Below are positions 28,830-29,303 of a stretch of 29,303 bases of DNA, one piece after another. Made by a program: the position numbers and the translations under genes. The notes under the pieces are model-generated. The model worked only from the letters and a program-made list of their open reading frames with translations. It did no database searches and was not told where the DNA came from. Source of the DNA: Nitrospinota bacterium (GTDB lineage Bacteria; Nitrospinota; Nitrospinia; Nitrospinales; VA-1); NCBI GenBank assembly GCA_038108555.1, contig JAYNIA010000026.1, positions 1 through 29,303 of the forward strand, written 5' to 3'. Numbering within the stretch: position 1 is the stretch's first letter; each line of letters starts with the position of its first letter.

Positions 28830-29303
28830 CTAGTTCAGCGGCCCGATCAGGGGCTGCCGTTTATTGACCGGATAATCTTTTCGTAAGGGATGTCCCTTGA
28901 ACTCTTCGTAAAGAAGGATTCTTCGCAAGTCGGGATGGTTGCGAAACTTAATTCCGTACATATCCCAAATTTCTCTTTCAAACCAGTTTGCCGTTTTCCA
29001 AATAGGTGTGACCGTATCAGCGATGCAGTCATCCATGGAAACCGGAATTTTGACTCTCAACCTGTCGTTATGCTTGAGTGAGTAAAAGTGATAAACCACT
29101 TCAAAGCGCTCGTCTTTTTTGGACAAGTAATCGACAGCGGTAATGTCCATCAAAAAATTAAAAGAAAGTTCTGGCTCATCTCTGAGGAACTTGAAAAACT
29201 CATTGCCGCAGTCTTTCTTAACTGTGACGGTTTGATCGCCACGAAAGTTATGACTGTCTAAGACCAGGTCACCGTATTTACTTTTGATCAGGTCAATGAA
29301 TTT
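28830..29303 (-). CDS. nuoC: NADH-quinone oxidoreductase subunit C (5' end runs off the window)
   Basis: ANWFEREIWDMYGIKF..HPDLRRIL...GHPLRKDYP. The frame is open to the window edge (KFIDLIKSKYG...FRGDQTV). Confidence 0.93.
   Translation of the reverse strand, partial: KFIDLIKSKYGDLVLDSHNFRGDQTVTVKKDCGNEFFKFLRDEPELSFNFLMDITAVDYLSKKDERFEVVYHFYSLKHNDRLRVKIPVSMDDCIADTVTPIWKTANWFEREIWDMYGIKFRNHPDLRRILLYEEFKGHPLRKDYPVNKRQPLIGPLN

Noticed and set aside
22811..29081. Many 60-160 aa alternative-frame and antisense ORFs across the nuo genes
   Set aside because: They overlap well-supported conserved genes and are typical shadows of hydrophobic coding sequence.

Overview
Mostly housekeeping bacterial DNA with a low-to-moderate GC content. 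The gene style suggests a Nitrospina-like or deltaproteobacterial-type organism, but this is inference only. From left to right: a frameshift-split TPR lipoprotein gene; a minus-strand run of glgA, an atypical receiver protein, a deoxynucleoside kinase, panB-panC-panD, a membrane TPR protein and an XRE regulator; divergent coaBC; an FGE/SUMF1-domain gene broken by an in-frame TAA; a Zn-ribbon membrane protein, a Cu(I) P1B-ATPase and an SGNH hydrolase; a ClC-CBS anion transporter; rpe; a TPR protein; a lone tatA; a hypothetical protein; a GT-C glycosyltransferase; and the end of a complex I operon (nuoC-H-I-J-K-L-M-N, with no nuoDEFG between C and H). I saw no mobile element, CRISPR array, tRNA or rRNA, and no clearly novel multi-gene system. 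The best leads are a pan-motif-like double-bulged-A hairpin that overlaps the kinase stop codon upstream of panB, the direct nuoC-nuoH junction, a ClC with an altered selectivity signature, a receiver domain lacking its acidic pocket next to glgA, and two single-lesion gene disruptions.
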